In this document: positions 1 to 8,427 of the stretch, one piece after another
Position numbering within the stretch: the first letter of the stretch is position 1
Layout of the letters: the number at the start of each line of letters is the position of its first letter
Assembly (NCBI GenBank): GCA_900234795.1
Contig: LT962688.1
Location: 2,790,001 to 2,822,000 of the forward strand
Length of the DNA stretch: 32,000 nt
Direction of reading: 5' to 3'
From: Methylorubrum extorquens
GTDB taxonomy: Bacteria > Pseudomonadota > Alphaproteobacteria > Rhizobiales > Beijerinckiaceae
Position numbers and translations under genes: made by a program
The notes under the pieces: generated by a model
The model's input: only the letters and a program-made list of their open reading frames with translations
Database searches by the model: none
What the model was told of the DNA's origin: nothing

Positions 1-60
1 GGTCTTCTCGTCCATCGCCGGGCTGTAGTGCAGGCCGGTGAGGGTCTTCGTGTCCGCCAT
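1..60 (-). CDS. 5' end of an unidentified CDS running off the left edge (MADTKTLTGLHYSPAMDEKT...)
   Basis: ATG at 58-60 on the minus strand. All 20 visible codons end in G or C, like the confident genes here. Only a weak GGAA-type SD lies upstream. Too short to identify. Confidence 0.35.
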   Translation of the reverse strand, partial: MADTKTLTGLHYSPAMDEKT

Positions 61-172
61 TGCGCGCCCGTTCCCTGGTATCGTTTTGCTTGTCACGCGC
101 GGATTTAGCGCAACGCTTATCCGCGAGCAATCAGCTTGACGCTCAGGTACACATGTCGTGAGCCGGCTTTTG

Positions 173-1543
173 TCACGCCGGATCGGGCAATCCGACCGCG
201 GCCAGCGCCGCCCCCTGCCGCTCGGAAAGCGTGTCGAGCGAGAAGCACTCGATCTCGGCTTCGAACAGTTGGTGGTAATTCAGTTCGGAGCGCAGGTGCA
301 GGAACACCGCGCCGAGCCCGACCGCGGCCCGATCCATGAACACGAATTCCTGCGGAACCGTGACCGGTCCCTTCTCCTTCAGCGCCTGATGCACGGAAAA
401 CGCCTCGCGCCGTCCGTAGGCACCCGGATCGATCCCATCGGCGACGGTGCGGGTGCGATCCTCCAAGAGCGGGCCGTAGATGAACCGGGCCCAGATGTTG
501 AGGATGTCGATGGTTTCGTTGTCGAGCTTCTTGAAGCCCCAGACTTCGTAGGCGTGGACAACCCGCGCGCGATCGTCTTCCAGCAGGCCGCGGTAGAGAT
601 CGACCACACCGCCGACGAAGCGGGGATGGAAGATGCGCACGCAGCCATAATCGAGCAGGTTGATGCCCTGCGCTTCGCCGCCCTCGGAGAAGACGGTGTA
701 ATTGCCGAGATGCGGATCGCCGTGGATCACCGCGGCGCGGCTGAACGGATGCCACCAGGCCCGGAACATCGCTTGCGCGAGTCGGTTGCGGATCTCGATC
801 GGGCTCTGGGTGAAGTTCAGGATCTTCTCGCCGTCGAGCCAGCCCAGGGTGAGGAGACGCTTCGTCGACAGATCGGAATGCACCGCAGGCACCCGCACGG
901 AATCGATGTCCTTGAGCACGTCGCCATAAAGGGCCGCGTGCTTGGCCTCGCGGCCGTAATCGAGTTCCTCGCGCACCCGCGCGCCGATTTCCTTGGCGAT
1001 CTCGGAGGTGTCGAGCCAGGAATTCATGCGCCGGTGGAGCGCGAAGGCGACCTGAAGCTGCTTGAGGTCAGCTTCGACTGCCGATTGCATGTCAGGATAC
1101 TGGAGCTTGCATGCGAGCGGCGCGCCGTCGCGTGACTGAGCGCGGTGGACCTGCCCGAGCGAGGCGGCGGCGGCCGGCTTGAGATCGAAGCTGCCGAAGC
1201 GGCTCTGCCAGTCGGCGCCGAGTTCGGCCATCATCCGGCGCTTGACGAAGGCCGCGCCCATCGGAGGCGCGTCGGCCTGAAGCTTCTGCAATTCGGCCGC
1301 GTATTCCGGAGGCAGCAGGTCCGGCACGGTGGCGAGCAACTGCGCCACCTTCATGATCGGCCCCTTGAGGCCGCCGAGCGCCTGGGCCAGAGCCGCCGCG
1401 TTGTTCAGGCTCGCGCCGTCCTTGCCGCCGAACAAGCGCGCCGCCGCCATCCGCGCGGCCACCCCTCCGACATTGGCGCCGACGCTGGCATAGCGGCTCG
1501 CGCGGGCGGTGAAGCGGTTGGCTTCGCGGTCGGTCTCGGCCAT
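173..1543 (-). CDS. ABC1/AarF/UbiB-family atypical protein kinase
   Basis: 456-aa ORF with ABC1 hallmarks read by eye (KVAQLLATVPDLLP, AASLGQVHRA, HGDPHLGNY). High GC3. The mirror ORFs at 117-755 and 158-1135 look like artefacts. Confidence 0.85.
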   Translation of the reverse strand: MAETDREANRFTARASRYASVGANVGGVAARMAAARLFGGKDGASLNNAAALAQALGGLKGPIMKVAQLLATVPDLLPPEYAAELQKLQADAPPMGAAFVKRRMMAELGADWQSRFGSFDLKPAAAASLGQVHRAQSRDGAPLACKLQYPDMQSAVEADLKQLQVAFALHRRMNSWLDTSEIAKEIGARVREELDYGREAKHAALYGDVLKDIDSVRVPAVHSDLSTKRLLTLGWLDGEKILNFTQSPIEIRNRLAQAMFRAWWHPFSRAAVIHGDPHLGNYTVFSEGGEAQGINLLDYGCVRIFHPRFVGGVVDLYRGLLEDDRARVVHAYEVWGFKKLDNETIDILNIWARFIYGPLLEDRTRTVADGIDPGAYGRREAFSVHQALKEKGPVTVPQEFVFMDRAAVGLGAVFLHLRSELNYHQLFEAEIECFSLDTLSERQGAALAAVGLPDPA

Positions 1544-1635
1544 GGATTCGGATCGATTCCTATCGGGATTCGACCGGAGATAGGCGCTGCCCGGTCCCGC
1601 GCCCAGGGCGCTGGGACGGCGCGCCGCGGGTGACG

Positions 1636-2022
1636 TCAGGTCTTCGGCCAGTTGTCACGGATCCAGCGGGTGAAGCCAGATTCGTCAATTTCGCCCGCGG
1701 CGAGACCCCGGATCATCAGCACCACCTCCGCTTCGGCAACGAAGAAGTCAATTTCGTTCAGGCCGAGGAAGGTCACGAACGCCAGCAGCGCCGCGCGCTT
1801 GTTGCCGTCGACGAAGGGATGGTTCTTGGCGATGCCGAAGGCGTAGGCTGCGGCGAGTTCGGCTAGATCTGGCTCGCCATAGCCAGCGCGGTTGATGGGT
1901 CGGCCGAGGGCCGATTCGAGTGCACCCTCGTCGCGCAGGCCCGGCGGCCCGCCGAAAAGCTTGAGCTGCTGTGCATGGATGGCCTGGACGAGATCGCTCG
2001 TAAGCCAGACGATTTCACTCAC
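1636..2022 (-). CDS. doc: Doc (death-on-curing) Fic-fold toxin of a type II TA pair
   Basis: 128 aa with the Fic/Doc core motif HPFVDGNKRAA. The GTG start (2020-2022) overlaps the upstream antitoxin stop as GTGA. Confidence 0.88.
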   Translation of the reverse strand: MSEIVWLTSDLVQAIHAQQLKLFGGPPGLRDEGALESALGRPINRAGYGEPDLAELAAAYAFGIAKNHPFVDGNKRAALLAFVTFLGLNEIDFFVAEAEVVLMIRGLAAGEIDESGFTRWIRDNWPKT

Positions 2023-2243
2023 TTCGCAAGTTCGGCGAGCGCGTTCCGATAGGTTTTCATCGCCTTCTCGGCGATCTTCATACCCTTCTCGAAGGTCGGG
2101 TCGTAGGGTGAGAGATGCAGCGTGCCGTCGGCGTTCTCGGTCACGTGCAGCCAGTCGCCTTGCTCCAGCTTGAGCCTGCCGACGAGTTCCTTCGGCAGGA
2201 TCAGACCGGTCGAATTTCCGATGCGCTTGATTTCAAGCTTCAT
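2019..2243 (-). CDS. AbrB/MazE/SpoVT-fold antitoxin partnered with Doc
   Basis: 74 aa with the N-terminal swapped-hairpin signature KRIGNSTGLILPKELV. It lies directly upstream of doc with a 4-nt overlap. Confidence 0.82.
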   Translation of the reverse strand: MKLEIKRIGNSTGLILPKELVGRLKLEQGDWLHVTENADGTLHLSPYDPTFEKGMKIAEKAMKTYRNALAELAK

Positions 2244-2267
2244 GGGGCTTGCCCTTCATGCCCTACC

Positions 2268-2280
2268 CGCGTTCAACGCG
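2268..2280 (-). promoter_or_regulatory. Candidate TA operator palindrome CGCGTT-C-AACGCG
   Basis: Perfect 6+1+6 palindrome 25-37 nt upstream of the antitoxin ATG, next to a TTATAC -10-like hexamer on the minus strand. The function is inferred only. Confidence 0.3.
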
Positions 2281-2318
2281 CGTATAACACATCCGAGCTT
2301 CGGCCTATAGAGTGCGGG

Positions 2319-4196
2319 CTAGGCAGCCTCCATCGCCTCCAGCTCCGCGATCATCCCCTCGATCATCCCTAGCCCGATCTGCCAGAAGCCGGGATCGCTG
2401 GCGTCGAGTCCGAACGGCTTCAGCAACTCGCCGTAGGGCTTCGAGCCGCCGGCCGAGAGCAGGGCGAAGTAGCGCTCGACGAAGCCGGGCTCGGCGCGGG
2501 CGTAGACGCCGTAGAGCGAGTTCACGAGACAGTCGCCGAACGCGTAGGCGTAGACGTAGAACGGCGAGTGGATGAAGTGCGGGATGTAGGCCCAGAACGG
2601 CTCGTAACCCTTGTCGAGGGTGATCGCCGGGCCGAGGCTCTCGGACTGCACCGACATCCAGAGCTCGTTGATCTGCTCGGCCGTCAGCTCGCCCTTGGCG
2701 CGGGCGAGGTGGACCTTCCGCTCGAATGAGTAGAACGCGATCTGGCGCACCACCGTGTTGATCATGTCCTCGACCTTGGCCGCGAGCATCGCCCGGCGCT
2801 GGGTCAGGTCCGTGGTCTGGCCCAGCAGCCGCTGGAAGGTCAGCATCTCGCCGAACACGCTTGCGGTCTCGGCCAGCGTCAGCGGGGTCGGCGCCATCAG
2901 CGCGCCGTTGGGGGCGGCGAGCACCTGATGCACGCCGTGGCCGAGTTCGTGCGCGAGAGTCATCACGTCGCGCGGCTTGCCCTGGTAATTCACCAGCACG
3001 TAGGGGTGAGCCGAGGGCACGGTCGGATGCGCGAAGGCGCCGGGTGCCTTGCCGGGCCGGGTTGGCGCATCGATCCAGCCGCCGTCGAAGAACTTTTTGG
3101 CGATGCCGGCCATATCCGGCGAGAAGGCGTCGTAGGCCTCCAGCACCGTGTCACGGGCCTGGGCCCAGGGAATCGTGCGCTGCTCGACCTTCGGCAGCGG
3201 CGCGTTGCGGTCCCAGTAGGGCAGCGCCTCGACGCCGAACCACTTGGCCTTGAGCCGGTAATAGCGGTGCGAGAGCCGCGGATAGGCCGCGCGCACGGCC
3301 TCGACCATGGCGGCCACGACCTCCGGCTCGACGCGATTCGAGAGGTGGCGGGCATCGGCCACGTCCTTGAAGCCGCGCCAGCGGTCGGAGATCTCCTTGT
3401 CCTTGGCCAGCGTGTTGGTGATCAGCGTGAAGATGCGCAGATTCGCCCGCAGGGTCTCGCCGAGTGCCTGCGCCGCCTCCTGGCGCACCGCCCCGTCCGA
3501 ATCGACGAGCTTGTTGAGCGTCGGCTCCAGCGTCATGCGCTCGCCCTGAACCGAGAAGCGCAGAGAAGCGATCGTCTCGTTGAAGAGCCGGTCCCAGGCG
3601 GCGTTCGAGGTCACCGACTTGTCGAGGAACAGCTTTTCCGTCCGGTCGTCGAGCTGGTGTGGCTTCTCGCGCCGCAGATCCTCGATCCAGGGGCGGTAAT
3701 GGGCCAGCGGCCCGTCCGCCATCGCCGCGTCGAGCACCGCATCCTCGACGCGGTTCAATTCCAGGCCGAAGAACAGCAGGTCACCCGAGGCCGTGGTCAG
3801 CCGCTCGCGGGTGTCGCCGTAGAACTTGGCGCGGGTCTCATCCGTCGTATCGCCGGAATAGACGAGACCGGCATAGGACATCAGCCGCCCCATCAGATCC
3901 TCGATCCGCTCGAAGGTCTGCACCGCCTCGCCGAGGACGGACGAGGCATCCGGCCCGGCCGCGATCTCGGCAATCCGGCCCGCATAACGTTCAGCGAAAG
4001 CGCGGCTCTCGGCCTCGGCCCGGTCGAGATCCTCGCGGAAGGCCGGCGCGTCCATGCTCGGATAGAGGTCGGTGAGGTCCCATTCCGGCAGCACGCCGAG
4101 ATCGGCCGCCTGGATCGCGCCGCGCACCGCCGCGAGTTCCTCAGCCTCTCTCGGCAGGTCCGGCGACAGGGCGGCGAAAACGGCTCGGCTCGACAT
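2319..4196 (-). CDS. pepF: M3-family oligoendopeptidase F
   Basis: Zinc motif HELGHGVH. About 625 aa from the ATG at 4194-4196, which follows GAGGAA. The longer ORF-track start at 4238 has no SD. Confidence 0.88.
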   Translation of the reverse strand: MSSRAVFAALSPDLPREAEELAAVRGAIQAADLGVLPEWDLTDLYPSMDAPAFREDLDRAEAESRAFAERYAGRIAEIAAGPDASSVLGEAVQTFERIEDLMGRLMSYAGLVYSGDTTDETRAKFYGDTRERLTTASGDLLFFGLELNRVEDAVLDAAMADGPLAHYRPWIEDLRREKPHQLDDRTEKLFLDKSVTSNAAWDRLFNETIASLRFSVQGERMTLEPTLNKLVDSDGAVRQEAAQALGETLRANLRIFTLITNTLAKDKEISDRWRGFKDVADARHLSNRVEPEVVAAMVEAVRAAYPRLSHRYYRLKAKWFGVEALPYWDRNAPLPKVEQRTIPWAQARDTVLEAYDAFSPDMAGIAKKFFDGGWIDAPTRPGKAPGAFAHPTVPSAHPYVLVNYQGKPRDVMTLAHELGHGVHQVLAAPNGALMAPTPLTLAETASVFGEMLTFQRLLGQTTDLTQRRAMLAAKVEDMINTVVRQIAFYSFERKVHLARAKGELTAEQINELWMSVQSESLGPAITLDKGYEPFWAYIPHFIHSPFYVYAYAFGDCLVNSLYGVYARAEPGFVERYFALLSAGGSKPYGELLKPFGLDASDPGFWQIGLGMIEGMIAELEAMEAA

Positions 4197-4524
4197 GATG
4201 TGCTGTTTCCTCGACGTGGTGGACCGCCGCTTCGGCATCAGGCGCGCCAGCGCGGCCAGAGGCAGATATCGAGCGCAGGACCGTCGCGATCAACCGCGCT
4301 CCGCAATCTGGGGCGCATGAGCGCCTACGGAAGGTGCCCCTGGACGCGCGGTCACGTCGATTGGAACGCCGTGCGGGCTAAATTCGAGCGTCGTTAAGCG
4401 GCGCTTTACGGTCTTGGGCGACCCTGTGCCTCGAAACGAAACAGCCGCCGCCATGCGCCGCCGGTCTCCGCTGGGAGGCCGGGTCGGCCCGCGGCCGGTT
4501 TGAGCGGAAAGCGAGGCGCCCCGC

Positions 4525-6015
4525 ATGTCGACCACCGTTCTCATCATCGACGACGATCCCGTGCAGCGTCGCCTCGCCGAGGCAATGGTGCGCCGCCTCG
4601 GTTTCCAGGCACAGATTGCGGAGAACGGCCATGACGGGTTGAACTTCCTGCGCAGCGGCGAGAGCGTCGATGTCGTGCTGCTCGATCTCGTCATGCCCGG
4701 CGGCATGGACGGGCTGAGCGTGCTCGCCGAGATGCGCAAGAGCGGCATCGACACGCCTGTCATCGTGCAGACCTCGAACGGCTCCATCGACGCGGTGGTG
4801 AACGCCATGCGGGCGGGCGCCGTCGATTTCGTGGTCAAGCCGGCCGGTGCCGAGCGGCTCCAGGTCTCGATCAAGAATGCCCTGCGGGTCGATCAGCTCG
4901 AGGAGGAGGTGCGCCGGATGCGCCGTCGCGCCTCGGGCGCGCTGGGCTTCAAGGATCTCGCCTCGAAGAGCCCGGACATGGAGCGGGTGATTCGGCTGGC
5001 CGAACGGTCGGCGAAATCGAACATTCCCGTCCTGATTGAGGGCGAATCAGGCGTTGGCAAGGAAGTGCTGGCGCGCGCGATCCAAGGCTCAGGCGACCGG
5101 CGCGGCAAGGCCTTCGTCACCGTCAATTGCGGGGCGATCCCCGAGAACCTCGTCGAATCGACCCTGTTCGGTCACGAGAAGGGCGCCTTCACCGGCGCCA
5201 CGGAGAAGCATGTCGGCAAGTTCGTCGAGGCCTCGGGGGGCACGCTGTTCCTCGACGAGATCGGCGAGCTGCCCCTCGACGCACAGGTGAAGCTGCTGCG
5301 GGCGCTGCAGGAGGGCGAGGTCGATCCCGTCGGCGGCAAGCGCGCCGTGCGCGTCGATATCCGCCTGATCTCGGCCACCAACCGCTCGCTGCTCGACCTC
5401 GTGAAACAGGGCAAGTTCCGCGAGGATCTCTATTACCGCCTCAACGTCTTCCCCATGACGCTGCCGCCGCTGCGGGCGCGGCGCGAGGACATTCCGGATC
5501 TCGTGCGCTCGTTCTGCGCGCGGTTCGCGGCGGAAGAGGGCAAACGCCTGCGCGGCATCACGGCCGAGGCGATGGCGTTGCTCTCGCGCTATCCCTGGCC
5601 CGGCAACGTGCGCCAGCTCGAGAATGCGCTGTTCCGTGCGGTCGTGCTCGCCGACGGCGACGAACTGACGGTGGCGGAGTTTCCGCAGATCGCGGCGCAG
5701 GTCGAGGGCTTCGACGTCCGCATCCCGCCGCTGCCGACACAGGCCGCCCTGCCCGCGGGCGGCCTCGAGCCGGTGCGGGAGATCGTCCGCGTCGAGGTGC
5801 GCGATCCCCACGCCATGTCGCTCGTCGTCGAGGACACCGGCGACATGAAGACGATGGAAGCGGTCGAGGCGGAGGTGATCCGCTTCGCCCTGCAATTTTA
5901 CCGCGGCCGAATGTCCGAAGTCTCCCGCCGCCTCGGAATCGGCCGATCGACCCTCTACCGCAAACTCAAGGAGCTCGGCCTCGACGACGAGGAGCGTTCC
6001 GAGGACGCCGCCTGA
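4525..6015 (+). CDS. Sigma-54-dependent response regulator (receiver + AAA+ + Fis HTH; NtrC/TacA-like bEBP)
   Basis: Receiver acidic residues (IIDDD, LLDLVMPG, VVKP). Walker A GESGVGKE, intact GAFTGA loop, Walker B LFLDEIGEL, arginine-finger region RLISATN. C-terminal HTH RRLGIGRSTLYRKLKELG. Confidence 0.92.
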   Translation: MSTTVLIIDDDPVQRRLAEAMVRRLGFQAQIAENGHDGLNFLRSGESVDVVLLDLVMPGGMDGLSVLAEMRKSGIDTPVIVQTSNGSIDAVVNAMRAGAVDFVVKPAGAERLQVSIKNALRVDQLEEEVRRMRRRASGALGFKDLASKSPDMERVIRLAERSAKSNIPVLIEGESGVGKEVLARAIQGSGDRRGKAFVTVNCGAIPENLVESTLFGHEKGAFTGATEKHVGKFVEASGGTLFLDEIGELPLDAQVKLLRALQEGEVDPVGGKRAVRVDIRLISATNRSLLDLVKQGKFREDLYYRLNVFPMTLPPLRARREDIPDLVRSFCARFAAEEGKRLRGITAEAMALLSRYPWPGNVRQLENALFRAVVLADGDELTVAEFPQIAAQVEGFDVRIPPLPTQAALPAGGLEPVREIVRVEVRDPHAMSLVVEDTGDMKTMEAVEAEVIRFALQFYRGRMSEVSRRLGIGRSTLYRKLKELGLDDEERSEDAA

Positions 6016-6085
6016 GGCCGGACAGTCGTTCAGAGCATCGTTCCGAAAGGCAATCGCCGACTTTCGGGACAATGCGAAAACAAGA

Positions 6086-6132
6086 GGCAAACGCATCGTC
6101 CTCGATCCGATATCAAGGACGATGCGTTTGCC
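6086..6132 (+). terminator. Perfect 17-bp stem / 13-nt loop hairpin downstream of the activator gene
   Basis: GGCAAACGCATCGTCCT (6086-6102) pairs perfectly with AGGACGATGCGTTTGCC (6116-6132). It is followed by TTGGCTGTT, a weak U-tract. The minus-strand reading has a better T-tract (CTCTTGTTTTCG) but no minus-strand gene to terminate. A smaller hairpin lies at 6043-6067. Confidence 0.55.
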
Positions 6133-6172
6133 TTGGCTGTTCGCCTTCAGGTTCCGGCTTGGCCGCGGCATG

Positions 6173-6188
6173 TGGTCGTGTGGTTGCG
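6173..6188 (+). promoter_or_regulatory. Candidate sigma-54 -24/-12 promoter upstream of the L,D-transpeptidase gene
   Basis: TGGTCGTGTGGTTGCG has GG at 6174-6175 and GC at 6186-6187 with the canonical 10-nt spacing and a full TTGC -12 element. The -24 half matches only TGG. It lies between the hairpin and the ATG at 6262. Confidence 0.3.
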
Positions 6189-6261
6189 CACGGCCGTGCT
6201 TCGGTCGATGATCTTTAAGCAGAGCTGCGGCAATCTCGGCCGTATCCAGGGAGTTGCCGAC

Positions 6262-8202
6262 ATGCGCGCTGCATCGGAAGCCGGAATGGGCATCGTGCGG
6301 ACCCTGTCCGTTGCGCTGGCGGCCCTCCTCGCTTTCAGCCAAGCCCCGGCCCGTGCCGAGGAAGCGCCTGCCGCGACGGAGTCCGGCGTCGTCATCCGTA
6401 AGGCCGCTGTCGACGTTGCCAACGAGCCGGTGGTCACGCCCGACGCCTCCAACGGCGCGGCACCGACCGTCGATGCGCCTGCGCCCCCCGCAGAGCCGGC
6501 GCCCGCGGCCGAGGGGCCACCGGCCCCGGTCGCGCCGAGCGAGCCGCTTCCGGCTGCGGTCTATGCGCGCCTCAACGACACCACGCCGCTGCTGCAACGG
6601 CTGACCGGTAAGGACCGCGAGGCGATCCAGGCCTTCTACGCGCTCGGCAACTTCAAGCCGGTCTGGATCGAGAACCGTGCCTTCACTGCCGCCGCCAACG
6701 CGGCCATCGCCCGCCTGCGAGAGGCGGGCGAGGACGGGCTCGATCCGAACGCCTATCCCGTTCCGGTGGTGGGCAAGCTCAGCCGTCCGGACACGGATGC
6801 GGAGATTGCCGAGGCCGATCTCAAGCTCTCGGCCGCGCTCGCCCTCTATGCCCGCGACGCCCGCGGCGGGCGGGTGAATCCGGCCGCGATCTCGAGGCTC
6901 ATCACGCCCACCCTCGACCTGCCGCCGGCCGACACGGTGCTGACCCGTCTCGCCGCTTCGGGCGCGGCGGCCGGTGACGTACTGCAGAGCTACAATCCGC
7001 GCCAGCCCGGCTACCTCGCCCTGAAGAAGCGCCTCGCCGGCTTGCGTGCCGGCCGGACGCAAGGGGCGCCGAGCGTCAAGCTTCCCGACGGGCCGGTGCT
7101 CAAGCTCGGGATGAGCGACCCCCGCGTGCCGTTGCTGCGCAGCCGCTTCGGCCTCGACGCGAGCGCCGCCGGCACCCTCGATTCGGCGCCCGGCGAAGCA
7201 GATGCCTACGACCGCGCCGTCGCCGATGCCGTCAAAAACTTCCAGCGCAGCCGTGGCCTGCCGGCGAACGGAACGCTCAACCGCGCCACTGTCGCGGCGC
7301 TCGCCAGTTCGAGCGTGCCGAAGTCGAGCGCGAGCGAGGCCGATATCCTCGTCAACATGGAGCGCTGGCGCTGGCTGCCGCCCGAACTCGGGCCGAACTA
7401 CGTCTTCGTGAACGTGCCCGAATTCAAGCTGAAGGTGTATCGCGACGGGCAGGTGCGCGACGAAACCCGGGTGATCGTCGGCAAGCCGACGAGCCCGACG
7501 CCGACCTTCTCGGGGATGATGGAATACGCCGTCGTCAACCCGTCCTGGTACGTGCCGCCCTCGATCCTGAAGCAGATGCTGGCCTCGGGCCGCACCGCCG
7601 GGTTCGAGGTGGTGCGCCGGGGCGGCAACATCTCCCTGCGTCAGCCGCCGGGCGAGCGGAACGCGCTTGGCTTCATCAAGTTCATGTTCCCCAACCAGCA
7701 CGCGGTCTACCTGCACGACACGCCGAACCGCTCGCTGTTCTCCGCCTCGACCCGCGCGTTCAGCCACGGCTGCGTGCGCGTGGACGACCCGTTCCGCTTC
7801 GCCGACGCGGTGCTTCCGACCTGGACGCAGGAACGTCTCAAGAAGCTGATCGGCAAGGGCGAGCGGACGCTGCGCCTGCCTGAGAAGCTGCCGGTGCACC
7901 TCGCCTACTTCACGGCGGAAGTGGACGATCTCGGCTCCTACCGCACCCTGCCGGACCTCTATGGCTACGATGGGCCGATGAAGGTCGCGCTGGGGCTCGC
8001 CGCCCGCTCGGAGGCCGTGGCGAAAGCGCCCGCGAAGGAGAAGCGCGCAAGTGCCGAGGCCTCTCGCTCGGCCCCGCGTCAGACCATAGCGCGCGAGGCG
8101 GTGCGCAGCGAGCGCCGCGCCGCCCCCCGCCGTTCGTCGGACATGTTCGGCGAGCCGGAGAGCGCCCCCACCTACGCCTATCCGCCGCGCAGCTACTGGT
8201 AG
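6262..8202 (+). CDS. LdtD/YcbB-type L,D-transpeptidase with peptidoglycan-binding domain
   Basis: Signal peptide MRAASEAGMGIVRTLSVALAALLAFSQAPARA. PG_binding_1-like segment (AVKNFQRSRGLPANGTLNRATVAAL). YkuD catalytic motif HDTP...SHGCVRV. GGGAG SD lies before the ATG at 6262; the track start at 6133 is an upstream extension. Confidence 0.88.
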   Translation: MRAASEAGMGIVRTLSVALAALLAFSQAPARAEEAPAATESGVVIRKAAVDVANEPVVTPDASNGAAPTVDAPAPPAEPAPAAEGPPAPVAPSEPLPAAVYARLNDTTPLLQRLTGKDREAIQAFYALGNFKPVWIENRAFTAAANAAIARLREAGEDGLDPNAYPVPVVGKLSRPDTDAEIAEADLKLSAALALYARDARGGRVNPAAISRLITPTLDLPPADTVLTRLAASGAAAGDVLQSYNPRQPGYLALKKRLAGLRAGRTQGAPSVKLPDGPVLKLGMSDPRVPLLRSRFGLDASAAGTLDSAPGEADAYDRAVADAVKNFQRSRGLPANGTLNRATVAALASSSVPKSSASEADILVNMERWRWLPPELGPNYVFVNVPEFKLKVYRDGQVRDETRVIVGKPTSPTPTFSGMMEYAVVNPSWYVPPSILKQMLASGRTAGFEVVRRGGNISLRQPPGERNALGFIKFMFPNQHAVYLHDTPNRSLFSASTRAFSHGCVRVDDPFRFADAVLPTWTQERLKKLIGKGERTLRLPEKLPVHLAYFTAEVDDLGSYRTLPDLYGYDGPMKVALGLAARSEAVAKAPAKEKRASAEASRSAPRQTIAREAVRSERRAAPRRSSDMFGEPESAPTYAYPPRSYW

Positions 8203-8427
8203 GCCGGCGGTCGCGTTTCGCCCCCCGTGAGTCATCGACGGCGTCATTCTGCCTGGGACAGCGATCACGCTTGAATCTTGCGAGGCACTTTTTTGCCACG
8301 GTTGGTCCGTAGCCATCTCTGAAAGACGGTGAGCAGCACGGGCCCCGACGACCCGCCTTTCCGGTCCTCGGTCATCCTTGCGCCTCGCGGCATCGCCGAT
8401 GCCGCGCCGTTTCGTGGGGTGAGGACC

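Noticed and set aside
158-1135. Long plus-strand ORFs overlapping confident minus-strand genes (for example 158-1135, 2928-4397, 18608-19717, 23395-24441, 24470-25579, 26253-28034, 28322-29659, 30316-31278)
   Set aside because: Each is the opposite-strand shadow of a gene with strong family motifs. Their compositions are dominated by R, G, A, P, D and E, and none has an SD or a recognisable domain.
4415-4429. TGGGCG-N5-GTGC GG-N10-GC match upstream of the activator gene
   Set aside because: Only the invariant dinucleotides plus a few bases match. Bare GG-N10-GC is expected more than once per 100 nt by chance at this GC content.
8284-8296. AGGCAC-TTTT-TTGC sigma-54-like motif upstream of the mepK-like gene
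   Set aside because: The half-sites are attractive, but GG and GC are separated by 9 nt rather than the canonical 10. Sigma-54 is strict about this spacing. The same bases also form a small GGCA/TGCC hairpin. I did not call it a promoter, though TSS mapping would settle the matter.
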